From contig JAYZEG010000073.1 of NCBI GenBank assembly GCA_036337435.1, positions 1 through 15,546 of the forward strand: a DNA stretch of 15,546 nt. Reading direction: 5' to 3'. The DNA comes from Myxococcota bacterium. Lineage in GTDB: Bacteria > Myxococcota_A > Bradymonadia > UBA7976 > UBA1532. Numbering within the stretch: position 1 is the first letter of the stretch; each line of letters opens with the position of its first letter. This document shows positions 6,074 through 14,099 of this stretch, one piece after another. The notes below the pieces were generated by a model. It saw only the letters and a program-made list of their open reading frames with translations, ran no database searches and was not told the DNA's origin. Made by a program: the position numbers and the translations under genes.

Positions 6074-8938
6074 ATGAGTCAAAAAAAACGACCCGACAAA
6101 TTTGGAGAGAAGACGATGGCTGCGGGGATAGCTCCAGATGACACGTCAGCTCAGTCTCCGACCGAGGCTCACGATCTGGTCTCCATGTTGATTGCAGAAG
6201 GCACATTGCGACGGCAGGAACAGGCCGAGAACATGCAAGAGGGTAGCGTGAACCAGACGGCCCTGTCGGCGCCGACCACCAACCTCCATGAGTCGTCGCC
6301 TGACGTATTGAATGTCAAACCGTTTTCCACCGATGTCACCCAGACCATCGGTGCCGCCGATGCGCTCACAGCCAGAGCGGTCATAGACGCATCGTATCCA
6401 CAGACCGAGCCATTGACGGAGCGATACGAGAAACTCGGTGAGCTAGGTGCGGGCGGTATGGGGCGCGTCCTTAAGGTGAAAGACAAGTTACTCAATCGTG
6501 TTCTGGCCATGAAAGTCATCCACGGTTATCTTTTTGAACACGAGTCTAATCTTCAACGTTTTGTGCAAGAAGCGCAGGTGTGCGCACAGCTACAACATCC
6601 GAACATTCTCCCTATTTATGACATCGGCATCCTCGACTCTGGACCCATCTTCATCACGATGATGGAGATTAAGGGGGACTCGCTGCACCAGCGAATTCAG
6701 GCAGTCCATGCCGCAAGCTCACACCAAAGCTGGCAAGACACAGAGGACGGGTGGAACCTTCATCGATTGGTGAGTGCGTTTCATGATGTATGTAAAGCGG
6801 TTTCTCATGCCCACGAAAACGGCGTCGTCCACAGAGACTTAAAACCAAAGAATATCATGATCGGTCCCTTTGGAGAGGTTCTCGTGGTCGATTGGGGCCT
6901 CGCCAAAGTCATTGAAGCAGATGAACTGAACAGCTCGGTCAACACCATTCGATCAACCCACGATGTGCAGGCAACAGCAGTTGGCTCTATTTACGGAACA
7001 CCGGCCTACATCGCCCCCGAACTGGCCACAGGTGAAGTAACGACAGCCAATCGACTGACAGACATCTATGCCTTAGGCGTCATTCTCTACGAAATCCTAA
7101 GGGGTCAAGCCGCGTACAGCGGTCAATCCATGCACCAGATCCTGATGCAAGTTGTGACGGCTCCCCAACCCGGATTTGAGTCAGTCAATGCATCGTCGAC
7201 CGACAATCCGACCCTGGAAAATGAATTGGCGGAGGAGGCCACATACGTGACAAATGGGGGGGCTCCCATCCCTGGTCTATTGGTCGAGATGTGTACAAAA
7301 GCGATGGCGCGGGATCCCCTTGAACGCTTCAAATCTGCGTCCGAGATGGTGGAGATGATAGGCCAATGGTTAGACGGGTCGCGTCGACGAGAAAAAGCAT
7401 TGGAGCTGGTCGGTGCAGCAAAACGACTTGAACAAGACATCCGAGACGCTGAATTGCGGGCGACGGACCTACTGGTGGCAGCCCAGGCATCGTCAACCGG
7501 GACATTGCCGTGGCAGTCGGACACCGCGAAGCTAGACGCATGGCATAAGGAGGATGAAGCGACTGCATTGCTCACTCAGTCGATGATTAAACGAACCGAG
7601 AAAATTCAGCTCTATCGCGCAGCATTGGCGCATAAAGATGATTTGGTTGAAGCACACATTGCGTTGGCTACATATTACAAAGGTGTTCATCAAGCTGCGG
7701 AAGAGGACGGAGACTCGGCGGAGGCAAAACGCTCAGAAATCATTCTTCGCGAGCATGTCAAAGCACTCCCGCTCCAGAGCGATATGAGACATGAGTTGAC
7801 TCGTTATCTTGACGGTTCAGCCTCCTTGAACGTATGCACCAGTCCCAGCGGAGCCTCCATCAGAATCGTCGCGTTCAGACTAGAAAACAGGCGCCTCAAA
7901 CTAGATCATGGCGATGAATTGGGTACAAGCCCGCTCAGAGACCATCCCCTTCAGATGGGGTCTTATTTGCTCAAAATTAACAAGGCGGGCTATCACGAAG
8001 CGATCTATCCAGTTTACAATCGCCGTCTGAATGATGTCAGCGGTCAGGATCCCGAGGGGGGTCCATTCAAAATCGAGCTCTTACCTTTAGGAACACTTGG
8101 CCCAGATGATTGCTATGTGCCCGGTGGATGGTGTCGACTCGGAGGAGACAGACAAACACCCAATAGCCTGAACAGCACCGTCGTCTGGGTTGATGGATTC
8201 GTCATGAGACGATTTCCAGTGACCCATGAGGAATACCTCAATTTCTTAAACGAACTGGTCAGTGCGGGTCGCGTCGACCAAGCCCTAAACCATGTCCCAA
8301 GAGAACAAAGTTCAACAGCAGATGAACTGGGTGCCATGGCCTATGCCCAGACCCCAAACGGCAGCTTTGAGCTACCACACGATCCCGAACGAGAGATTTG
8401 CTGGCCCAACCAGCCGGTCACCATGATTCAATGGAGGTCAGCTGTGGCCTATGCAGATTGGCTCGCTAAAAAAACAGGCATGCCTTGGCGACTCCCGATG
8501 GAATTTGAGTGGGAGAAAGCGGCACGCGGTGTTGATGGACGCTTCTACCCCTGGGGCAATGATTTCGATCCGTCCTGGGCCTGTATGAAAGACAGCCACC
8601 CCGACAAAATCTTGATGCAAGAGGTCGACACATTTCCTGCTGACGAGAGTGTTTATGGGGTACGAGGCACAGCGGGTAATACCAGGGATTGGTGTCTAGA
8701 CCGATTTAGGGAGAGCGGTCCACCGCTGAAGAACGGTCGACTTGTGATGCCAACGGCCGATGACTTAACAGACACTGGGTTTAAGTCAAGCCGCGGTGGC
8801 AGCTACGGCAACTCAGCGTCGCGTTCGCGGTCTGGCGATAGAGATTGGTGGTTTCCAGAGCGCAGTTATATCGGCCGCGGATTCAGGCTCGCTTGGGGAC
8901 TCAGCGACCGCACGAGTTGCCACTCTGACCCAAATTGA
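6074..8938 (+). CDS. Hanks-type Ser/Thr protein kinase fused to PEGA-like and FGE-sulfatase (SUMF1/EgtB/PvdO) domains
   Basis: Kinase motifs LGAGGMGRV, AMK, HPNI, VHRDLKPKN, DWGLAK, GTPAYIAPE and DIYALG. PEGA-like SLNVCTSPSGASI...LGTSP...LQMGSYLLKINKAGY. FGE-type PVTHEEY, PVTMIQW, RLPMEFEWEKAARG, YPWG, SVYG..GN..DW, RGGSY and GFR. Start uncertain: ATG 6074, or ATG 6116 (GGAG 8 nt upstream). Confidence 0.92.
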   Translation: MSQKKRPDKFGEKTMAAGIAPDDTSAQSPTEAHDLVSMLIAEGTLRRQEQAENMQEGSVNQTALSAPTTNLHESSPDVLNVKPFSTDVTQTIGAADALTARAVIDASYPQTEPLTERYEKLGELGAGGMGRVLKVKDKLLNRVLAMKVIHGYLFEHESNLQRFVQEAQVCAQLQHPNILPIYDIGILDSGPIFITMMEIKGDSLHQRIQAVHAASSHQSWQDTEDGWNLHRLVSAFHDVCKAVSHAHENGVVHRDLKPKNIMIGPFGEVLVVDWGLAKVIEADELNSSVNTIRSTHDVQATAVGSIYGTPAYIAPELATGEVTTANRLTDIYALGVILYEILRGQAAYSGQSMHQILMQVVTAPQPGFESVNASSTDNPTLENELAEEATYVTNGGAPIPGLLVEMCTKAMARDPLERFKSASEMVEMIGQWLDGSRRREKALELVGAAKRLEQDIRDAELRATDLLVAAQASSTGTLPWQSDTAKLDAWHKEDEATALLTQSMIKRTEKIQLYRAALAHKDDLVEAHIALATYYKGVHQAAEEDGDSAEAKRSEIILREHVKALPLQSDMRHELTRYLDGSASLNVCTSPSGASIRIVAFRLENRRLKLDHGDELGTSPLRDHPLQMGSYLLKINKAGYHEAIYPVYNRRLNDVSGQDPEGGPFKIELLPLGTLGPDDCYVPGGWCRLGGDRQTPNSLNSTVVWVDGFVMRRFPVTHEEYLNFLNELVSAGRVDQALNHVPREQSSTADELGAMAYAQTPNGSFELPHDPEREICWPNQPVTMIQWRSAVAYADWLAKKTGMPWRLPMEFEWEKAARGVDGRFYPWGNDFDPSWACMKDSHPDKILMQEVDTFPADESVYGVRGTAGNTRDWCLDRFRESGPPLKNGRLVMPTADDLTDTGFKSSRGGSYGNSASRSRSGDRDWWFPERSYIGRGFRLAWGLSDRTSCHSDPN

Positions 8939-9015
8939 ACTGCAGCCCATTGGATAATCGGCAACCGGGCCCAGAACAGGGGGGCACATAACGAATTTCG
9001 ATGGGAGTCCGCTCA

Positions 9016-10002
9016 ATGAAACGCAAGGTATTCATGGCTCTGTGGTGTTTTCTGCTCTGCGCCTGCTCCAATTCGGACACGACCCGTCGCGGGGGGCGCG
9101 CTGAGGGAGCAAAGAGTAATCAGGTCAAATCCAATGGCCAGTCCTCCAAGGCAGAGAACTCGATGGCCGGGCCTACAGCATCACCAGCATCACACACAAA
9201 CCAAACACCAGCTCCAGTGCCAGTGCCAGCATCAGCACCCTCGCGCTTTGATGCGGACATCAAGTCACCGAGGGAGATTCAGCCAACAAAGAAAGAAACG
9301 GGCCGCGTTGATGGCTTTAATATTCCAATCCATTCGCTCAAAGCAGACAAAGGTGATTGGGTCTGGGCAGCCGCCGCCAAACCCAAACAGCCAAGAAAAT
9401 TTATTTTTCGTCGCAGTCGAATCAAGGCCGTCAGACGAAATTCTGCAGTGGTGGGCGTCTTTGGCGAGGTGGCCCCAGCCGCGTTCATTTACCCATCCAA
9501 TTCAAACACTCACATTGCCATCGGTCAAACGGTACTCGCCCAGTCTGGTGCAACCAGTCTCTACGCGCGAGTGATTGCGAAAGACGGCCAACAGTACATA
9601 CTGGCAACCGGCCGGGCTAAACCCAGACAGGTTAAGAAAACGGCTGCCGAGTTGCGTCTGATTGAACCAGCGGCATGGCAAGCCGGTGGCGTCGTCATAT
9701 TTCGAAAGGGTCGAATTGAACGCAGCGCAACCATCGTTCATGTCGATGGCGAAACAATCTTTTTCACGACCTACAGCGGCGGATTAGACCAACGTAAACG
9801 GGCGGATTTGACCCTGGTTGACATGAGCCGACGATTTCAAGTCGGGGATTCTGTCTACGGCGAACCCAGCGGCGGGCTGAGTATGCACTACCAAAAAGGC
9901 CGCGTGGTCAGCGTGGACAAAAATCACACGCGCTATGAGGTGAAAACGAAAGATGGAAAGATGTTTGTAAGCAACTTTAAAACCATTGTCGCAGCACCGT
10001 AA
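9016..10002 (+). CDS. Lipoprotein of unknown function with tandem Tudor/SH3-like beta-barrel repeats
   Basis: MKRK n-region and lipobox LCA-C, with GGGAG 8 nt upstream of ATG 9016. An S/P/A-rich linker is followed by four roughly 50-aa units starting KGDWVWA, IGQTVLA, AGGVVIF and VGDSVYG. Domain identity is by pattern only. Confidence 0.75.
   Translation: MKRKVFMALWCFLLCACSNSDTTRRGGRAEGAKSNQVKSNGQSSKAENSMAGPTASPASHTNQTPAPVPVPASAPSRFDADIKSPREIQPTKKETGRVDGFNIPIHSLKADKGDWVWAAAAKPKQPRKFIFRRSRIKAVRRNSAVVGVFGEVAPAAFIYPSNSNTHIAIGQTVLAQSGATSLYARVIAKDGQQYILATGRAKPRQVKKTAAELRLIEPAAWQAGGVVIFRKGRIERSATIVHVDGETIFFTTYSGGLDQRKRADLTLVDMSRRFQVGDSVYGEPSGGLSMHYQKGRVVSVDKNHTRYEVKTKDGKMFVSNFKTIVAAP
9208..9240 (+). 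repeat. Imperfect hexamer repeat encoding a Pro-X linker (PAPVPVPASAP)
   Basis: cca gct cca gtg cca gtg cca gca tca gca ccc. Confidence 0.5.
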
Positions 10003-10032
10003 CAAAGAGCCTGCATGAGCCGACTGGCCCCT

Positions 10033-11796
10033 TCAAGGTCTCGCCTCAACAATATTTGAGGCAGCACTGCCCTGGGGACCATCAGGAGAGGGCCAAGCGG
10101 CATAGACTCGATATCGATAGACTTGTCCCATTTGGACCTGTTGGTCTGTCGCTCGAGGAGGCCGGTCGGGTTCGATGCCCATTCGGTTCGAAAAGTTCTC
10201 ACAATCAACCCCGTCGCAGCGCTGCAAAATGGTGAGTCCTTCACGATCGGAATTATCTGTCCAACTTAGGGTCACGCCATTTTGATCAATACGTTCGACT
10301 CGAAGGTCTGTCGGGTCGTCTGGACCGGGTTCACCAGGCATTGGTTCTCGCCTCTGAGTTGCTGATGGAGGCGGTTCGGACAAGGGTGAATCCAACTGCC
10401 TGCGCGCCGTCTGATAGCGTCGGACCATAAACGCCTTTAGGGACTGCACAATCCCTGGATAATTCGTGTCTGACTGCACGGTGACTCGACGGGGCGGATA
10501 AGGATCTCGGCTCAAACTCTCCGTCGCCTGCTGATACAAGGTGTCCAAAGCCATGCCCAGGATTTCAGGTCTAAAGTAGCGCTCTAAAATCCTCTCAGCA
10601 TGGCGCAGATAGCGACGCCTCAACGCACCATTGGACAGAATTCTTTCGATCAAAGGTCTGGGTGTAATCAGCAATGGCCACGATGCATTCCAACCGTCGA
10701 TGACAGGAATCCGTCCAAAGGCATTATCAGCAAACCCGACATCCAAATCCCAAGGTAAATAGTGGAGACGTCCGGTCTCTGGATTGTTGTAGATATAGAA
10801 ATTATGCGGTGCCTGACCCGTGTATTGGTCAAACGCGCCGCTGAAGACCATCACAGCCATCAACTTAATGAATGACTCAAGCTCGAAGATGGACTCCAAA
10901 CGTGCCTCAAGATCATCATCTGGCGTATCGCGAAGGAGGACGGATAAATCATAGAGCTCAGAGAAATCCGCTTCATTTTTATGGGTTTTTGGTTCAAAAC
11001 TCTGGGCATATTCGGACGGGTCATCCAGGACACGAAAATCTGACCCAGGGCCACCAACATGATTCTTGTAGAGCACGCCGTCACGATTTCCGAACACCCT
11101 TTGGAGAAATGATTTATCGATGCGCTCAACATTAACAAAGAGTCCATCAAAGACTCCGTTGATGGTCACTTCGGCATAATTTGCCCGCGAACAATGGATG
11201 CCCTCATTTCTTAAAATGTCGGTAATCAAGCGCTCAGAAAAAACAGACCCAAACTGAACCGCATTATCAAGAGCGACTCGACGCAAACCGAGAAATCGCT
11301 GGTCATCAACAAATTCACCGAACTTAATGAGCAAGCTGCGTTTCCACCATCCATCTGGATTTGATGAACTATTGCCTTTAAATCGAACGCCGACATTGTC
11401 AATTTCGATGTCGTTCCATCGGAAGCGAGCGGGGACATATACGCGTTCGGGGAGAGCGTCAAACATGCGTTGGCGGTCAGCCGGCGCAATGGTGATTTCA
11501 ATGTGCTGAATCTGCTCTCGGTCATAGAATTCATCTTGCTGCGTACCTGAGGTGAACTGGTCTCTTTCAGTTCCACCATCAGCCGCAGCTCCAGCGGAGC
11601 TCTGGTCCAAATCAGTTCCCTGCGCGCCGTCGGAAACCATAAAATCAGTGCCTTGGAGCGGGCCGTTCGTCTCCGAGGCTGCGCCCGATGAATCGCAGCC
11701 TAGGAGGGCAATGAGCAGAAGGCATGGTCCAAGTTGCCTTGCTAGATGACCTGCAGCGGGGATGCAACAGCGCAAGTGAAACGATACAGTTGGCAA
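10033..11796 (-). CDS. CotH-family atypical kinase, predicted lipoprotein, with a C-terminal fibronectin type III domain
   Basis: TTG start with GGGAGGG 7 nt upstream and lipobox LLG-C. CotH motifs VGVRFKGNSS, KRSLLIKF, LRRVALDN, SERL, GLFVNVE, GVLYK, FDQY, HNFYIY and LPWDLD. FN3 pattern PTDL..VTLSWTDNS...YRYRVYA...SN (about 10036-10314). Confidence 0.92.
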   Translation of the reverse strand: MPTVSFHLRCCIPAAGHLARQLGPCLLLIALLGCDSSGAASETNGPLQGTDFMVSDGAQGTDLDQSSAGAAADGGTERDQFTSGTQQDEFYDREQIQHIEITIAPADRQRMFDALPERVYVPARFRWNDIEIDNVGVRFKGNSSSNPDGWWKRSLLIKFGEFVDDQRFLGLRRVALDNAVQFGSVFSERLITDILRNEGIHCSRANYAEVTINGVFDGLFVNVERIDKSFLQRVFGNRDGVLYKNHVGGPGSDFRVLDDPSEYAQSFEPKTHKNEADFSELYDLSVLLRDTPDDDLEARLESIFELESFIKLMAVMVFSGAFDQYTGQAPHNFYIYNNPETGRLHYLPWDLDVGFADNAFGRIPVIDGWNASWPLLITPRPLIERILSNGALRRRYLRHAERILERYFRPEILGMALDTLYQQATESLSRDPYPPRRVTVQSDTNYPGIVQSLKAFMVRRYQTARRQLDSPLSEPPPSATQRREPMPGEPGPDDPTDLRVERIDQNGVTLSWTDNSDREGLTILQRCDGVDCENFSNRMGIEPDRPPRATDQQVQMGQVYRYRVYAAWPSPDGPQGSAASNIVEARP

Positions 11797-11803
11797 GTGA
11801 TAG

Positions 11804-11810
11804 CCCTCCC
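11804..11810 (-). promoter_or_regulatory. Shine-Dalgarno site (GGGAGGG) supporting the TTG start of the second CotH gene
   Basis: ccctccc on the + strand at 11804-11810, 7 nt from TTG at 11796. Confidence 0.7.
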
Positions 11811-11884
11811 ATCCGACGCAATTAGTGTGACCAACCGTCGAATTTCAAACAAGTTAAAACAAGCTGCTGACACCAAATCGTACC

Positions 11885-11921
11885 CATCTGTCCACCGCAG
11901 ATGCGCACAAACACCGTGCGC
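11885..11921 (-). other. Two back-to-back 6-bp hairpins downstream of deaD (possible transcript end or stabiliser)
   Basis: catctg-tccaccg-cagatg (11885-11903) and gcgcac-aaacacc-gtgcgc (11903-11921). There is no U-tract, so this is not a classic intrinsic terminator. Confidence 0.35.
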
Positions 11922-11972
11922 GAGCCTGTCAGTGACATGGATACAATGGTCTATCTGTCGTGTTTGACCGAT

Positions 11973-13745
11973 TTAGGTCTTGCGGGGCGTCGACTTGGTT
12001 TGTTTCCGTCGCGGTCCTTTGGATCGAGACCCTGATCCATCGCGGGTTCGACGACGAGATGCGGTTTTCGGCATTCGTTCACCCCCCAAGTGACTCATAT
12101 TGAGCCTTTTACCGCAGACGCGAACATTTTTTAGAAATGACAGAACGTCCGGTGGCATACCAGCTGGCAGCTCGACTACTGTGTGTTTTGTGCCCACTCG
12201 AATGGACCCAATGTACGAACTCGGTAAATCAATTTCATTGGTGAGTGCACCAACAAGGTGTTTAGGCTCCAACCCATCTTCGCTACCAACCTCGACGCGA
12301 TAGACATCCATCGGCGATTTTGGCGTCTTTGTCCTTTTGGCACGAGCCGGCGCGGGTTCGGTCTTGTGTTTAGCCCCTTTCTTAGGCCGCTCGACGTCTT
12401 CAATCTGCACATTTTTGACAGCGAAAGGGCGGTCGAGCTGGTAGGCGTGAACCAAAGCGGCCGCCACCGATATTGGATCGTGGTCGGTCTCTTTACAATA
12501 ATCGGAAACGATGGTGCGAAAACCATCTAGGTTATGCTCTCCAAGTGCGGTGCTCAAAAACCCTTTAAAATGAGCGATTCGATGCTCTCTGACGTCGTCA
12601 GCCGATGGCAACGCCAGTCGCTCTATTTTCTTTTTGGTTGCACGCTCGATGGTTGAGAGCATGCGTTTTTGGCGTTTGCCAGCAAATAAGATCGCTTTAC
12701 CGTCTCGGCCAGCCCGGCCGGTGCGACCAATTCGATGAACATAGACCTCTGTGTCGAAAGGGATATCGTAATTGATCACATGGCTGATGCGTGGCACGTC
12801 TAATCCACGAGCCGCTACATCGGTGCAAATGAGAATATCAAAGTCAGCCGCTTTGAAACGGTCCACCGTGCGTTGGCGCACTTGTTGACTCATATCTCCA
12901 TTCAGTGCCTGTGCCTTGTACCCGCGGGCTTCTAATTGGTCCGAGAGTTCAACTGTCGCTACTCGAGTTCGCGTAAACACGATCATGCCATCAAAATCTT
13001 CCGTCTCGACCAGCCGAGACAACGCTTCAAGCTTCTTAAGTTCACCCGTGACTGGAATGTAATATTGCTTAATGGCTTCGACAGTCGTCTCTTTTGACTT
13101 GGTTCGGACCTCAACGGGGTTGGTCAAGAATCGTTTGGCGATGCGAGCGATCGGCTTCGGCATGGTCGCCGAGAAGAGTGCTGTCTGATGGACATCTGGC
13201 AACTGCTCCATGATCTTCTCGACCTCTTCGACAAACCCCATGCGAAGCATTTCATCGGCCTCGTCCAGAACCAATGCGTTCACCGCGTCTAAGTTCAGAG
13301 TTTCACGCTCCAAGTGGTCCAATAGACGACCCGGTGTGCCGACGACACAGTGGACGCCCCTGCGAAGGGACCGTAGCTGAGTGGTCATGCCTTGACCTCC
13401 GTAGACAGGCAGAACGCGCAGCCCTTTGAGGTGTTTTGCATAGCCCTTGATGGCTTCGCAAACCTGGAGGGCAAGTTCCCGCGTGGGTGCGACGACCAAA
13501 AGTTGTGGGACGGCTTTATCGACTTCGATTTTGTCGAGTAAGGGGAGCCCGAATGCTGCCGTTTTACCGGTCCCTGTCTGAGCTTGACCGATGATATCTC
13601 GGCCCTCGATAAGGTGAGGGATCGCCAAAGCTTGAATGGGGGTTGGCAACTCAAACCCAAGCTCAGAAAGAGCGCGCAACAAAGGAGCACTCAATGCCAT
13701 ATCGGCAAATCGAATGGTCTCCGGGTTATCGTGTTCATTAGACAC
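11973..13745 (-). CDS. deaD: ATP-dependent DEAD-box RNA helicase DeaD/CsdA with a C-terminal DbpA-type RNA-binding domain
   Basis: Q motif GFELPTPIQ, AQTGTGKT, PTRELA, GTPGR, DEAD, SAT, ARGLD and HRIGRTGRAG. DbpA-type RBD (YRVEVG..DG.EPKHLVGALTNE..IGSI) and a basic tail. Start reassigned to GTG 13745 (GGAG 7 nt upstream). Confidence 0.93.
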   Translation of the reverse strand: MSNEHDNPETIRFADMALSAPLLRALSELGFELPTPIQALAIPHLIEGRDIIGQAQTGTGKTAAFGLPLLDKIEVDKAVPQLLVVAPTRELALQVCEAIKGYAKHLKGLRVLPVYGGQGMTTQLRSLRRGVHCVVGTPGRLLDHLERETLNLDAVNALVLDEADEMLRMGFVEEVEKIMEQLPDVHQTALFSATMPKPIARIAKRFLTNPVEVRTKSKETTVEAIKQYYIPVTGELKKLEALSRLVETEDFDGMIVFTRTRVATVELSDQLEARGYKAQALNGDMSQQVRQRTVDRFKAADFDILICTDVAARGLDVPRISHVINYDIPFDTEVYVHRIGRTGRAGRDGKAILFAGKRQKRMLSTIERATKKKIERLALPSADDVREHRIAHFKGFLSTALGEHNLDGFRTIVSDYCKETDHDPISVAAALVHAYQLDRPFAVKNVQIEDVERPKKGAKHKTEPAPARAKRTKTPKSPMDVYRVEVGSEDGLEPKHLVGALTNEIDLPSSYIGSIRVGTKHTVVELPAGMPPDVLSFLKNVRVCGKRLNMSHLGGERMPKTASRRRTRDGSGSRSKGPRRKQTKSTPRKT

Positions 13746-14048
13746 AGCGCTGCTCCAATACTCACCGTGGACGCCGTCTTTACACCCTCGGCACCGAGAT
13801 TGCACCAAACTCGTGCTGATTTGCTGATATAATTCTCGGCCGGGGGTCCAATCGACAACAGACAATCATGTGCCAATGCGTTTTGATGGCCTCGTTTAAT
13901 CTTTTTGCCGATCCACCGGCAAGGCCTCGGGCAAAATCGCCTAGACCGTGCTCTTGTTCTGCGCGAAAATAAAGAGGTAAGCTCACGAGTTTAAGGCGAC
14001 AGCAACGCTGGAACCAGTGGCATTGCGAACCCCCAAACAAGAGACTTT

Positions 14049-14078
14049 TTGAAACACCTATGATAGGGGCTGTACTGT
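14049..14078 (+). promoter_or_regulatory. Candidate sigma70-type promoter for the cytochrome gene, with a palindrome in the spacer
   Basis: TTGAAA (14049-14054), 18 nt, TACTGT (14073-14078). The spacer contains CCTAT-G-ATAGG (14057-14067). Confidence 0.3.
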
Positions 14079-14099
14079 AAAAGCTTGCAATCGAAGGGT

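Noticed and set aside
8780..8900. Diversity-generating retroelement variable region at the FGE C-terminus
   Set aside because: FGE/CLec ends are common DGR targets, but I found no second copy (template repeat), reverse transcriptase or Avd gene in the window. A remote DGR cannot be excluded without a genome-wide search.
13746..13865. 40-aa N-terminal extension of DeaD in the ORF track
   Set aside because: The sequence does not resemble DeaD. GTG 13745 has a GGAG RBS and gives the usual spacing to the Q motif.
13861..13876. Sigma54 promoter-like TTGGCACATGATTGTC on the minus strand upstream of deaD
   Set aside because: The GG-N10-GC spacing is off by one and the -12 GC is absent.
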